From the NCBI GenBank assembly GCA_028534125.1, contig CM052817.1, positions 11,596,001 to 11,660,000 of the forward strand: a stretch of DNA of 64,000 nt, in the 5' to 3' direction. A program made the translations under genes and the position numbers. Position 1 is the stretch's first letter. Every line of letters begins with the position of its first letter. The DNA comes from Lama glama. Lineage: Eukaryota. Below, piece by piece: positions 11,663 through 24,479 of the stretch. The notes beneath the pieces are model-generated. The model did no database searches, was not told the origin of the DNA, and saw nothing but the letters and a program-made list of their open reading frames with translations.

Positions 11663-12599
11663 CATATATACCTAGTTGTTAATAACTTCCTACTTTAATA
11701 CCAAATTCAAGCATCCAGAAGTCAATCTTTCCCCTAAGGACAAATCACCATAGGTGTCTTTTAGTTTTCAGAAAGAATGACATCTTGTATAAGCTTATTT
11801 TTTCTTACTAAAGCTCTTAATGTTATGTCATGTTGTATTATGCCATATTATGTTATTAATTTTTGGTGACAAGAATTTTCTTAATGGATAACTGTTTGAA
11901 TATGGCATTATACCAAATTTTCCGAGCCAGTATAATTCAGAGTCAGAGGAACAAGAAAATACACGGGGGTTTAAATGAATAGTAGCCAGGAATTCATAGA
12001 AAACCCACTGCTTTTATGTATTACCCTCTGGAGAAGCTCTTGAGCTGTGGAGAAAAATGTTAAATTCTAGTGACAGACAATAAACCAGTGAAATAATGTG
12101 TTAAAAGAGCGTTTATTGAAGATACCATTGTGATGGAATAAAAGTTATTGCTGCAAGAGAGGAGATGATGGCAACTTTCAGTGACTCAATTTCTTTCTGG
12201 CAGTTAAAATGTGTTTTAAACTCATAAGCTTCTCTTGTGCGTTGCTTGAGTGTTCTGTTTAGCAGTCTCATTGATTTAGTATGGTATGGCCTTCCTTTCC
12301 TTCTTTGAAAGTGACAATCAACTCAGGTTGTGTGTTCCTTCCCTTCCTTTCCTCTGTATCCTATGGTGTGTGACAGATGTGAGCCCCATTAGCTTGGCAG
12401 GCATCCTGGGAAGGAAGCCTGGAAGGCACCTTGCTTGGCCTATTGTTTGGGATACTGTAAATCATGACACAACGTGCTGTGTACTTTCAGAGTACTAAGT
12501 ATAACAAGCTCTGGACACACAGATGAGGGAGTTAGTTGTACTTACATGGACGAGAGGAGGCTTAAGAGAGGAGGAAGAATTCAAGCTGGATTGAGTGCA

Positions 12600-12915
12600 C
12601 CAGACTAGTAGCTCCATGAAGGCAAAGTTTAAACTTATTTGTTTACCACTATATTGCCCAGAGCTTATGGCCATTCTTGAAACATAACAGGCACTGAAGA
12701 AACATTTGCTGAATGAATGGATGGATAAATGATTGAGAAACCACTGTGGCATAGCCCAAAAATATAAGGACCATGTAGTTGAATATTCTAGGTTTGTTTG
12801 CTTCCTGAGTGTGGTCCTCACCAGCTGTGTGGTCTTGAAGTCATCTAACCTGAGTATTTGCTCCCCTCTCTGTGAAAATGAAGAAAATAAAGCAAATATT
12901 CAGATATCATTGTGA
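12600..12915 (+). mobile_element. L2 3' end followed by a MIR fragment
   Basis: GCTCCATGAAGGCA...TTGCTGAATGAATGGATGG then CAGCTGTGTGGTCTTG...TCTGTGAAAATG. Confidence 0.6.
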
Positions 12916-13530
12916 ATATTGAAGTATATCAAAATACAGAAATGTAGGCCATTAATACATTTTAAGGTTTTTTGATACTGAATTTATGAAAAAATTGATA
13001 ACATACTTTCAAACATCATTTTGACAGTGGCTCTTTCAGATTTTCTTAGTGTTAATTTCCAATTAATATTTTAAGAAATCTTTGAAGCACAAATAAACTT
13101 AGTCACCACACATTGTATAATAAGTAGTATATAAAAATATTAAATATTTCCTCTCATAAGGACGAATCTTTCTTTTTGGCTCTACATAGGCAATTTTGAT
13201 ATATCTGAAAATGTTCATTTTCCAAATACAAATATTGATATTTTTCCTTATATTTGACTGAATTTATTTGAGAGGATATAATCAGAAAGTCTAGTACTAC
13301 AGCATCTGAAACTAGAGTTTCAGAGACACACAGACCTGCTACAAGTTATTCAGCATTTCCCATGGTTCAAGACCTGCTGTTTATAAAATCTTCCTTTTGT
13401 AAACCCTGAGGGCCGGTGTTTGGTTTTCCAGCAGTGTTGATAAAACAATTTGATAAATAAATTTAAGTAAAAAGGAATTCCATGCTTTGCTCTTATTTCT
13501 TAAAAATATTAAGAGGATTCAAACATATAG

Positions 13531-14087
13531 TGCAGTAGGCAGTATTTTAAGATAGCCCCCATGATTCTCACTGTCTGGTTTACATGTATTTTGTAGTCTC
13601 TGTCCCCTTGTGTAGGTGAGACTGTGAATATTAGGTTACTTATTATTTGACTTATCAAAGGATTATCCTGGATGGGCCTGACCTAATCAGGTGAACTTCT
13701 AGAAGGAGAAGTGGTGGCCTGGAAGAAAGCAAATTAACCCATGCTGTAAGACATAAGGCAAGAACTATGGGTGACCTCTAGGCACTGAGAGTAGTCCCCA
13801 GCCACGAACAGCTTTCAAGAAAATGTGGACTTTTTCATTCTTACAACCACAAAGAATTGAATTCAGGCAACACTGAATAAGTGAATGTGCTTGGAAAAGA
13901 ATCCCATGCTCCAATGAGTAGTGCAGTACAGCTGACACCTTGATTGTAGCTATCAAAAATGCTGAACAGAAGGTCCATTTACATTGTACCTGGACTCTTG
14001 ACCCAAGGAAACTGTGAGGTAATAAATTTGTGTTAAGTCTCTAGGATTATAAGTTAATTAGTTATGCATTAATAGAAAAATTAATGC
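13531..14087 (+). mobile_element. MLT1E/F-like MaLR solo LTR
   Basis: TGCAGTAGGCAG...AAGATAGCCCCCATGATTC...GAAACTGTGAGGTAATAAATTTGTG; perfect 5-bp TSD TATAG (13526-13530 and 14088-14092). Confidence 0.85.
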
Positions 14088-14619
14088 TATAGATTTTTTA
14101 GAGCTCATTAGAATCCTCTTTCCTCTTCTCTCATCTCCATAGGTCACTCAACTCATTCTTCAGTTCTCTTGAAAGTTTCTTCCTGTTAATCAGGTCTAGT
14201 CTGATTAGCTTTATTACACATTCTTCCCTTCTAACTCCCACTCAGCATTTTATTGTGAACATCAGCTTAGGTTTCCTTTTAGCAGAAAAGAATCTTTCTT
14301 TCATAGAAGAAGTAAGAAGGAGGTCTGGACAGGCAATTTTAGGAAATTTTTGCACCTGAGGAGGGAGTGGGATAACCTGTGAACATTCCTTTGTTACAGT
14401 TTTTGTTTCTACATGCACACATTTAATCAGACATTCACACATATGATGAGGCTTAACCATTTGCTTTGACTCTAAAGTGAAAACAGCCTGTTTAGCCCAT
14501 CTAGTTTTTTTCCCCAGACACCCAATTATGGTTTATCTTATTCCTGGTTTCTTGGCACAAATTGAATCATCTGTCTATTCATTTTCTTTCTTGGTAATAG
14601 AAATTTACCATTGGAACTG

Positions 14620-15085
14620 TGGCCAGCTTATTCATAGATTACATTTCCTAGCCTCTCTTGCAGCTATGTTCAGGTGTAGTGATATAAGAGAATGACATTT
14701 GCAACTTTTAGGGCATTCCCTTAAAAGGAAGGCCTATACCATCCCACTTTTCCCATCTTCTGTTGACTGGAATGTGGCCAGGATGACAGGGGATGGTTCA
14801 GCCTTATTGGATGATAAGATGGAAGCCACATGACGACAATGGCACAGGCACAAGATATAGAAGAAACCTGGGTTCTAGGGAAGTTAAGGGTAGTTTTTTT
14901 GTGACAGAAACTACTAATTGTACCCAATATTTATTCTCCATTTCTTCTGTTTTTTAACATTGAATTCCATGCTCTGAAACTTATCAAGACACGGGCAACC
15001 AGCTAGATAACTCATTTCCTAGCCTCTTTTGCAGCTAGCATGGCCATATGACCAAATTCTCACCAATGAAATGTAAGTAGAAATG
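14620..15085 (+). mobile_element. Old MaLR (MLT1I/J-like) fragments
   Basis: Two copies of the MaLR motif CATTTCCTAGCCTCT(C/T)TTGCAGCTA at about 14642 and 15013. Confidence 0.55.
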
Positions 15086-15361
15086 CTCAAATTCTACCTT
15101 TTCTTCATTAAAATATGCTCACAACCCATTTGGTATTTTGAGGATAGAAGATAGGTCTGTCATATCTTGGAGATAACAAAGGTAGATTACTTGAGAATTT
15201 TATAGCAATTGAACACATCACCTAGCATCTCTCACCAGTATGCAGTGTAACAGCAAACAGGCAATTGGGTTTAAATGTCCTTCCTTTAGGCTTAAGTAGC
15301 TCCCTGTCGGAACTTTATCAAAGTACTTGTGTTTTGTGTCAGTCTCAATTGATGGTGATGG

Positions 15362-15950
15362 TGTCAGCTGGGAATGCCTGAGGCACTCACCTGAGCCTGT
15401 ACCAATTGTGGTGAGCCCTCACAGACATTTCCCGGCCGAGCCAATGTGTGGCTCGATTGGCCCCTGTGATTCTTCTTATGATTGCAAGATGAACTTTAGG
15501 AACAACCACCAGGGACTTAAAAAAATGTTTATTACTCATAGGACCTGGAGGGTGCAGGGCATGCCCAGGGCCATACAGGGTTGGGGAGAGAGAGAGAGCA
15601 AGAGTGAGAGCAAGCAGACCTTGGATTTTGCCTTTTTTGGGGTCAAAGGTGGGGTGCTGACAGTTTTGTGGGTTGACTCTTTATTGGTGAATTTAAAACA
15701 GATGTGAGAATTAAAGTGCAGGAAGGGAAAAGCAAGGTCACTCAAGTGGTCAGTTATCTAAGTCAACCAAGGTTTTTCCAAGAGGGGAACTTCATGGTTG
15801 GGGCCGCCTGCCTCTTAATCTAGTTGTGTAGTTGGTAATATATTTATTAGAGATGAATGTCTTTGAAATGAGTGCCTGGGCAATCGAAAGCTAAATGTCA
15901 GGCACTTACATTACAGTCAAAAGAGCTAATTGCCAGGCACTAACACTACA
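15362..15950 (-). mobile_element. ERVL-class solo LTR (MER74/MER88/LTR53 group)
   Basis: TG...CA termini; reverse polyA signal TTTATTACTCA; GGGGTCAAAGGTGGGGTGC...CTCTTTATTGG block; duplicated GCTAA.TG.CAGGCACT.ACA.TACA end. Confidence 0.6.
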
Positions 15951-16426
15951 AATTGTCATTGGCATTGTTGCTTTAGTTGTCTGTTTTATGTACTAGATTG
16001 TGATTCCTGGAAGATGGGGATTGGCTTAGTATTTCTCTGAATTCCCAGTTCCTGGAATAGGTCCTAATGTACAAAAGGTACCCAGTTGGTGTTTGCTGAA
16101 CAAACGAATGAAGATAATGTCTGATGGTTGTGGGAAGCTGAATGGAAGTGATGGGAAGGTTGTCTAAACACAGAACTGAGAATTAGGAGTTGGGAAGAAA
16201 CTTGAAGAGATTATTTCCAAAGCTCTCATTGATTACATAGTTGATTAGTGACTTATTCTAGAATATATGTTGGCTGACTCCTAGTCTCTGCTTTTACTAT
16301 ACCAGTGTAGCTACAACTATATCTGAATCAGGTTGAGGAAGGACATCTTAAGGGGAGGTGACAGACAGGAGCAGGAGACAGCAGAATCAGAGTGTGTTTG
16401 TGTGTATGAGAATTTGTGTATTTATT

Positions 16427-17190
16427 TGTAATATTGTGATTTATAATAATACACATTTGGTTCTAAAACTCTTGGAATTTCCTAAGTGATAAGAGCGATA
16501 AAAGTGTCTTTTGTTATTTATAACAAGCTTGTTTCAGCCACACCTGAGTTTGTATTAATGCAGTGGCTTTTGGAAAGCCCTTAAGGGTATGTGCTGATTG
16601 CTAGGGGAACCAACCCTGTGATTAGAGTTGGAATTTTCAGTCCCACCCCTTGATTTCAAGGGAAAGGAGAGAGGCCAGAGGTTGATGACCAACAATTTAA
16701 TCAATCATGGCTATATAATGAAAAACGTCCATAAAAATCCCTGAAGTATGGGGTTCAAAGAGCTTTTGGTTGGTGCTGGGAGGTAGTGCGCGAGGAGAGG
16801 GCATGGAAGCTTTGTGCTGCTTCCTCCATGCCCTGCCCTAGGCATCTGCATATCCTTTTATAATAAATCAGTAATCTAGTAAGTAAATTGTTTTCCTGAG
16901 TTCTGTGAGCCACTCTAGGAAATTATCAAATTTGAGGAGGGGGTGATGAGAACCTCTGAGTTACAGCCGGTGGGTCATAAGCACAGTGAACCTGGACTTG
17001 CAGCTGGTGTCTGAAGTGAAGGGACAGTCTTGTAGGACCGAGTCTTTACCCCTTGGGGTATAACGCTATCTCCAGGTAGGGTCAGAATTGAATTGAATTG
17101 TAGGACACCCAGCTGGTGTCAGACAGTTGCTTGGAATGAGAAAAAAATCCCCCACACTTCTGGTATCAGAAGTATTGAAAGTAGAGAATG
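16427..17190 (+). mobile_element. MER21-like solo LTR
   Basis: TGTAATATTGTGAT, CCACACCTGAGTTT, AACCAACCCTGTGATTAGAG, GTCAGAATTGAATTGAATTGTAGGACACCCAGCTGGTGTC. Confidence 0.85.
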
Positions 17191-17234
17191 GAAAAAGAAT
17201 TTTCCCTTTCTCTACCCATACGATAGGTTTTTGT

Positions 17235-17650
17235 AGAACACATTAATCACCCTAATTCTTCCCTTCTCCATGTATCCATACTCATTGCTGTATGACTTTG
17301 CAGTTTATCCCACTAAAGAGGCAGTACATTTCCCTACTCTTATTTTGGGTCCAGACACATGCTTTTGTGAATGGAATGTAAACAGGCATGACATGACCGA
17401 AGGCTTCAGAAAAGCCTGCATGATTGAGCTTGCTCCTGTTATAGGAGCAGGATGATAGACAAGTGGAGGAGAGACACTGAGGCCAGTTTAGGATCGGCTG
17501 ACTCCCTGATGACCTTCGGCTGTGTAAATGAGCCCAGGTGAGAGCAATAAAATTGCTCAGCTGAGCCCAGTGTAAATTAGTCTACCTGTAGCCATGAGAT
17601 AAATGAATCCATATTATTGTATGCTGCTGAGATTCTTATATAAATGATTG
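17235..17650 (+). mobile_element. Old MaLR (MLT1G/H-like) LTR fragment
   Basis: TGACTTTGCAG...CCCACTAAAGAGG; TGCTCAGCTGAGCCCAG; TGCTGCTGAGATT. Confidence 0.55.
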
Positions 17651-17907
17651 TAATCATCATTTACTGATAGGGGATTATTGCTAGAAATAAGCAATATAAA
17701 TGATGGAGGAGTGATGTCAGCAAAGTTTTCTTGAAAAGAGATTGTGGAAATTCAGGATTGCATTTCAGAGGTGGGGCAAAGCCAATGAAATGCCATGTTT
17801 GCATGTTAGACATGTAGTAGTGTCCTTGTGATACACATTTCAGTTTTATGTGGCAATATTTCATTCTAAAAGTAATGAAATTATTTTCATTTTATAAAGA
17901 CCAAAGA

Positions 17908-18407
17908 NNNNNNNNNNNNNNNNNNNNNNNNNNNNNNNNNNNNNNNNNNNNNNNNNNNNNNNNNNNNNNNNNNNNNNNNNNNNNNNNNNNNNNNNNNNNN
18001 NNNNNNNNNNNNNNNNNNNNNNNNNNNNNNNNNNNNNNNNNNNNNNNNNNNNNNNNNNNNNNNNNNNNNNNNNNNNNNNNNNNNNNNNNNNNNNNNNNNN
18101 NNNNNNNNNNNNNNNNNNNNNNNNNNNNNNNNNNNNNNNNNNNNNNNNNNNNNNNNNNNNNNNNNNNNNNNNNNNNNNNNNNNNNNNNNNNNNNNNNNNN
18201 NNNNNNNNNNNNNNNNNNNNNNNNNNNNNNNNNNNNNNNNNNNNNNNNNNNNNNNNNNNNNNNNNNNNNNNNNNNNNNNNNNNNNNNNNNNNNNNNNNNN
18301 NNNNNNNNNNNNNNNNNNNNNNNNNNNNNNNNNNNNNNNNNNNNNNNNNNNNNNNNNNNNNNNNNNNNNNNNNNNNNNNNNNNNNNNNNNNNNNNNNNNN
18401 NNNNNNN
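17908..18407. other. Assembly gap, 500 N
   Basis: Run of N seen directly; the round length suggests a placeholder. Confidence 1.
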
Positions 18408-19180
18408 TTACTTACATTTGAAATATTTAGGCATTTTCCAGAAATGTTTTTGTTCTTGAGTTCTAAGAAAATTCTACTGTGGTCAGGGAACATATTTTTA
18501 AATTCACTGAAAACATTTTAATGACCCAGAAAAAGACATATGCTGGTAAATGTTCTGTGTGCACTTGAAAAAAAAGTTTACTTTTCTGTTGTCATGTGAA
18601 GTGTTCTATAAATGTCAATTAAATCAAGTTTGTCAAATGCATTGCTTACATCTTCTATGCTTTAATGACTTTCTGTTTAGTTATTCTGTTGATTATTTCT
18701 ATGGACTGAATTGTATCCTCCACAGATTTATATGTTGAAACCCTAACCCTCAGTGTGATGCTATTTGGAGATGGGTTCTTGGGAGGTAGTTAGGTTTAGA
18801 CAGCATCATGAAAGTGGGACCCTCATGAAGAAATTAGTGTCCTTACAACCAGAGACACTGGAGAGCTTTCTTTCTCTCTACTGCCATGTAAGCATTTAGC
18901 TAGAAGGTAGCCACCTCCAAACCAGGAAGAGAGCCCTCACCAGATTCTGACCTCACTGACACTCTAATCTCAGACTTCCAGCCTCCAGAATTGTGAGAAA
19001 ATAATGTCTTTTTGTTTGAGTCACCTAGTCTGTGGTATTTTGTTATGGCATCTCAAGTTGACAAAGACAATTATTAAGAGTGGTTATTGAAATATTTGAT
19101 GAACATTAATTTATGTACATCTTCATTTCTGTCAGTTTTTACTTCTTATGTTTGGAGGCTTTATTATTGAATGAGTGTAT
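18408..19180 (-). mobile_element. Old L1M ORF2 endonuclease-region fragment, antisense, interrupted by MLT1A
   Basis: AAATGTTCTGTGTGCACTTGAAAA, GTGTTCTATAAATGTCAATTA, TTCTGTCAGTTTTTACTTC...GAGGCTTTATTATTG. Confidence 0.75.
18697..19069 (+). mobile_element. MLT1A-type MaLR solo LTR
   Basis: CTATGGACTGAATTG...CAGACTTCCAGCCTCCAGAATTGTGAGAAAATAA...AAGACA; perfect TSD ATTAT (18692-18696 and 19070-19074). Confidence 0.9.
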
Positions 19181-19636
19181 CTAAATGTAAAAGCTGAAAT
19201 TTTAAAACTTCTAGAACAAAACATAGAAGTAATTCTTTGTGACCTTGGGCAGGCAAAGATTACTTAAGGCACAAAAGTCATGAGTTAGAAAAGAGAAATT
19301 GATAATTTGGAATTCATTAAAATTAAAATTTGTTCTTTGAAAGCCACAGGAAATGAAACAGGATACCATAGATTGGGAGAAAATGTTCCAATACATAAAC
19401 CTGGTAAGATATATATCCATAATATATAAAGAACTGTTACTACTCAATAGTGGAGGACAAATTACCCAATGAATAAGGTGATCAAATATATAAACAGATA
19501 CTTTATGTAAGAAGATGTATGACTGGCCAATGAGCAATGAAAAGATGCTAAAAATCATTGTCCTCAGGAAATGCAAATTAAACCACAATGAAATACCCCC
19601 ACACACTGAGAGGAATGACTAAAATTGAAAGACTGA
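19181..19636 (+). mobile_element. Old L1M ORF2 3' part (left half, split by a younger L1)
   Basis: CTAAATGTAAAAGCTGAA...AAAACTTCTAGAACAAAACATAG...GGAAATGCAAATTAAACCACAATGA. Confidence 0.85.
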
Positions 19637-22600
19637 GGACTGGCAGCCAAGATGATGGACTTGAGGAAGCTAGAGCTCACCTCTTCTTGCAGACACACCA
19701 AGATCACGACTAACTGCAGAGCAACTGGTGATTAAAAAAAAAAGCTTGGAAACTACCAGAAAGGATCTTCTATAGCTCAAATCTGCAAGTGGAAACCATG
19801 ACAAGACCAGCAGAATGGGTGCACTTGCAATATAATCAGGTTCCCTAGCCCCCAGGTGGGCCACCCACAGACTGGAGAATAATTATATTGCAGAGATTCT
19901 TCCACAGGAGTCAGAGTTTTGAGTTCCATGTCAGGCTCCCCAGCCTAGGAGTCCAGCACCGAGAAGAGGAGCCACCATATTGTTGGGCTTTGAGGACTAA
20001 TGGACCTTGATTACAGGCACTCCACGAGACGAGGGGAAACAGAAACTCTGTGCTTAAAGGTTGTACATAAAATCTCATGCTCACTGGGACTGAGGGCAAA
20101 AGCAGTAATTTCATAGGAGCCTGGGCCAGACCTACCTGCTACTCTTGGGGAGGTGTAGGGTGGCTATGGTTCGCTCTGGGGACGTAGACACAGATGCAGG
20201 CATTCAAGGGTGTTCATCTGAATGAACTCTTCTTCCAGGATGCTGACATCTTGCTTGGACTTTAGCACTGAGACTTGGCCCCACCCAACAGCCTTTAGGC
20301 TTCAAAGCTGGAATGCCTCAGGCCTAACAATTAACTGGGTGGGGAAGTATCTCCACTCATCAGCAGACAGACTGCCTAAAGCTGACCTCACAGCTACCCC
20401 TAGACATGACCCAGGACATGTCTCTGCCCACGAGAGGGCCAAGACCCAGCCCCATCCACCAGTGGACAGGCACCAGTGCCTCCCACCAGGAAGCCTGCAC
20501 AGCCTCTAGATCAACCTCATCCACCAGGGGGCAGACATCAGGAGCTAGAAAAGTTCTATTTTGTAACCTATGAAGCAAGCCTGCAAACACAGGCCAGAGT
20601 CTACCCTGGGATGAGCTGACCATGGGCCCCTGAGTGATGAGAAGGGAGTCCACTGCTGGGAAACATAGGGCATCTCCTATAGAGGGCCACTTCTCCAGGG
20701 TTGAGAAACTTAACTAACTTGCCACACATATAAAAATACAAATAGAAATTTAAAACAAAATGAGGTAGCAGAGGAATACCTTCCAGACAAAGGAATAAGA
20801 TAAAACTCCAGAAGAAGAACTAAGTGATGTGGAGAAAGAATTCAGAGTTATGAGCATTAAGGATGATCAAAAATCTTGGGAGAAGAATGGATGAAGGGAG
20901 CAATAAGATAGAAGTTGTTAGCAAAGAGATAGAAAAAAATAAAGAACAACCAAACATAGATGAAGAATTTCATAACTGAAAAGAAGAGTTAATGCCTGTC
21001 CTCCTGAAACTATTCCAGAAAATTTCAGAGGAATGAATAGGATTGTACCTTTCTAAGAATTGTCCATTTCTTCCAGGTTGTCCATTTTATTATAGTTGCT
21101 CAAAGCAGTCTCTTATGATCCTTTGTATTTCTGTGTCAGTTGTAACTTCTCATTTTTCATTTCTGATTTTATTAATTTTTTTCTTGAACAAGACAAGGAT
21201 GCCCACTCTCACACTTATATTCAACATCGTTTTGGAACTCCTAGCTACAGAAATCAGAGAAGTAAAGGAAATAGGAATGCAAATTGGAAAAGAAGAAGTA
21301 ATACTGTCACTGTTTGCAGATGACATGATACTATATATAGAAAATCCTAAAGACGCTACCAGGAAACTACTAGAGCTCAATGGACTTGGTAAAGTTGCAA
21401 GATACAAAATTAACATGCAGAAATCAGTTGCATTTCTATACACTAACAACGAAATAGCAGGAAAAGAAATTAAAGAAGCAATCCCATTTACCATCACATT
21501 AAAAAGAATAAAATACCTAGGAATAAACCTACCTAAGGAAGCAAAGGGCCTGAACTTCAAAAACTATGACACTGATGAAAGAAACAGACAGAAATAGATG
21601 AAAAGATATACTCTATTCTTGGACTTGAAGTCAGTATTGTTAAAATGGCCATATTACCCAAGGCAATATACAAGTTCAGTGCAATCCCTAACAAATTGCC
21701 AATGACATTTTTCACAGAACTGGGACAAAAAAATGTTAAAGTTAGTATGGAACCACAAAAGACCCTGAATAGCCCAAACAATCTTGAAAAAGAAGAAGGG
21801 AGGTGAAAGAATCACGCTCCCTGACTTCAGACCCTACTACAAAGCTACAGTAATCAAAACAGTATGGTGCTGGCACAAAGACAGACACACAGATCAATGG
21901 AACAGGAAAGAAAGTCTAGAAATACACCCACACACTTACGGTTAATTAATCTGTGACAAAGGAAGCAAAGAATATACAATAGAGAAAAGACAGTCTCTTC
22001 AATAAATGGTGCTGGGAAAACTGGACAGCTACATGTGAAAAAATGAAATTAGAGCATTCTCTAACACCATATACAAGAATAAATTCAAAATGGATTAAAG
22101 ACCTAAATGTAAGACCAGATTCTACAAAACTCCTAGAGGAAAACATAGGCAGAACACTCTTGTCAAAATAAATTGCAAATAAATTTCAGCAATATATTTT
22201 TTAAACCAGCTCCTAGAGTAATGGAAATAAAAGCAAAATAAAGAAATGAGACCTAATTAAACTTAAAAGCTTTCACACAGCAAAGGAAACCATAAACAAA
22301 ATGAAAACGTAACCTACAGAATGGGAGAAAATATTTGCAAATGGCAGGACCAAAAAGAGACTAATTTCCAAAGTATACAAATAGTTCATACAGCTTAATA
22401 TACAAAACAAAACAAGACAAAAATAACCCAATCAAAAAATGGGCAAAAGACCTAAATAGACATTTCTCCAGAGAAGACATCTGGTTGGCCAACAGGCACA
22501 TAAAAACATGTGCAATATTGCTAATTATTAGAGAAATGCAAATCAAAAGTGCAATGAGGTATCACTTCACACCTGTCAGAATGGCCATCATTAAAAAGTT

Positions 22601-22884
22601 TACAAATAATAAGGGCTGGAGAGAGTGTGGATAAAAGGGAACCCTCCTGCATTGTTGGTGGGAATGTAAGTTGGTACAGCCACAATGGAGGACAATATGG
22701 AGGTTCCTTAAAAAACTGAAAATAGACTTACCATATGATCAGCAGTCCCACTCCTGGGCATATATCTGGAGAAGACTGTAATTCGAAAAGATACAGGCAC
22801 TCCAATGTTCATAGCAGCACTATTTACAATAGCCGAGACATGGAAACAACCTAAATGTCTATCAAGAAATGATTGAATAAAGAT

Positions 22885-22970
<86 letters not shown>

Positions 22971-23440
22971 GGAATATTACCCAGCCATAAAAAAGAATGA
23001 AATAATGCCATTTGCAGCAAAATAGATGGATATAGAGATTGTCATAATAAGTGAAATAAGTCAGACAGAGAAAGACAAATACCATATGATATCACTTATA
23101 TGCAGAATCTAAAAAAAAGATACAAATTCTGTTAACAAACAAAAAACAGACTCATGGACATAGAAAAAAAAATTGGTTACCAAAGGGGAAAGTGCAGGTG
23201 AGGGATAAATTAGGACTTTGGGATTAACAGATATACATTACTATATACAAAATAGATAAACGACAAGGATGTACTCTATAGCACAGGGAACTATATTCAG
23301 TTTCTTGTAATAACATATAATGGAAAAGAATCTGAAAAGAAAAAAATGCATACATGTATGTATAACTGAATTGCTTTGCTGTACACCTGAAATTAACCTT
23401 GTAAATCTACTACAGTTCAATAAAAAATAAAATTAAAAAA
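19637..23440 (+). mobile_element. Internally deleted and rearranged L1: 5' UTR, ORF1 start, scrambled ORF2 pieces, RT C-terminal part, 3' UTR and tail
   Basis: CCAAGATGATGG 5' start; GC-richer UTR; decayed ORF1 from about 20760; RT motif LSLFADDMILYIENPK in ORF 21043-21597; 3' UTR ending CAATAAAAAATAAAATTAAAAAA; TSD-like AAAATTGAAAGACTGA / AAAATTAAAAAAGTCTGA. Confidence 0.92.
22888..22968. repeat. Compound microsatellite (AT)~20(AC)~20 inside the L1
   Basis: Seen directly. Confidence 0.98.
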
Positions 23441-24125
23441 GTCTGACCACAGCAAGTGCTGATGAAGATGTGGAGGAACTGGAATTTGAAAACAGTGCTG
23501 ATGGGAATATAAAGTGGTACAACGTTTTTCAACAAAAGTTTGACCCTTTCTTATAAAACTAAACATACAATTACTGTATGACTCACCAATCCCACTGCTA
23601 GGTAGTTACCCAAGAGAAATGAAAGCTTATGTCCATTCATTGACTGGTACGTGAATGGTATAGCAGTTTCATTCATAATAGCTCAACACTGGAAGCAACC
23701 ATATGCCCAACAACAAGTGAGTAGATAAATAAATGATAGTACATCTTTATTGAGAGGTAGTTATCAGCAATAAAAAGAAAAAAATTACTGATTCTTATAA
23801 CCATATGGGTGGATCTTGAAGAAATTATGCTGAACTAATGAAGTCAAACACAAAATATACATACTGTATGATTTCAAATTTTATGAATCTTAGTAGAAAA
23901 GCAAAACTAGAAAATAGAAAACAGATATTTTGTTTTCTGAGGCTTTGTGTGGGGAGAGGTATTGATTGCTGAGGAGCACAGAAGTACTTTTGGGGTTGAT
24001 GGAGATTATTTTAATTGAAATAATGATTACATTAGTATTTGTCAAAACTAATAAAACTGTATAATTAAAATGGCAACATTTTGTTTTATGTAAATTAAAG
24101 CTCAGGAAAGTTTGTTAGAAAGAAA
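23441..24125 (+). mobile_element. Old L1M ORF2 end and 3' UTR (right half of the split element)
   Basis: CAAGTGCTGATGAAGATGTGGAGGAACTGGAA continues the sequence at 19636; CCCAAGAGAAATGAAAG; CATACTGTATGATT. Confidence 0.85.
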
Positions 24126-24479
24126 AAACTAGAGGAGAGTTTTGAAATGACTTGAGACTGACCTCAGCGGAAGGGGTGGCAGATGAGGCTGGTTCTGCCA
24201 GTGTGGGGGAAACCCGGAACTAGATTCAGCTGCTACTCCAGGAAGGCGTTGCCAGAGGTGAAGAAGTGTTTCTAAGGTGCTGTTAAGCTAGGAATAGGCA
24301 ACAGACAGGTGTCAACAGGAAGAAGACAAGATGTACAATTGCGACCTCCCTCCCCCAGTCTCGCATTCTCCCTCTAGTGTACCCTAGAGCAGAAGTTTGG
24401 TTGCAGTTCCAATCTCAATCCCAGCATCATGGATTAAGTATAGCAGGGAGGGTTTGGAGCTGTGAACAACTTAATAACT

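Noticed and set aside
17848..18493. ORFs of 203 and 210 aa
   Set aside because: Artefacts of translating through the 500-N gap
21043..21597. 184-aa ORF with a FADD reverse transcriptase motif
   Set aside because: Frameshifted L1 ORF2 fragment fused to an inverted L1 piece; not a host gene or a novel RT system
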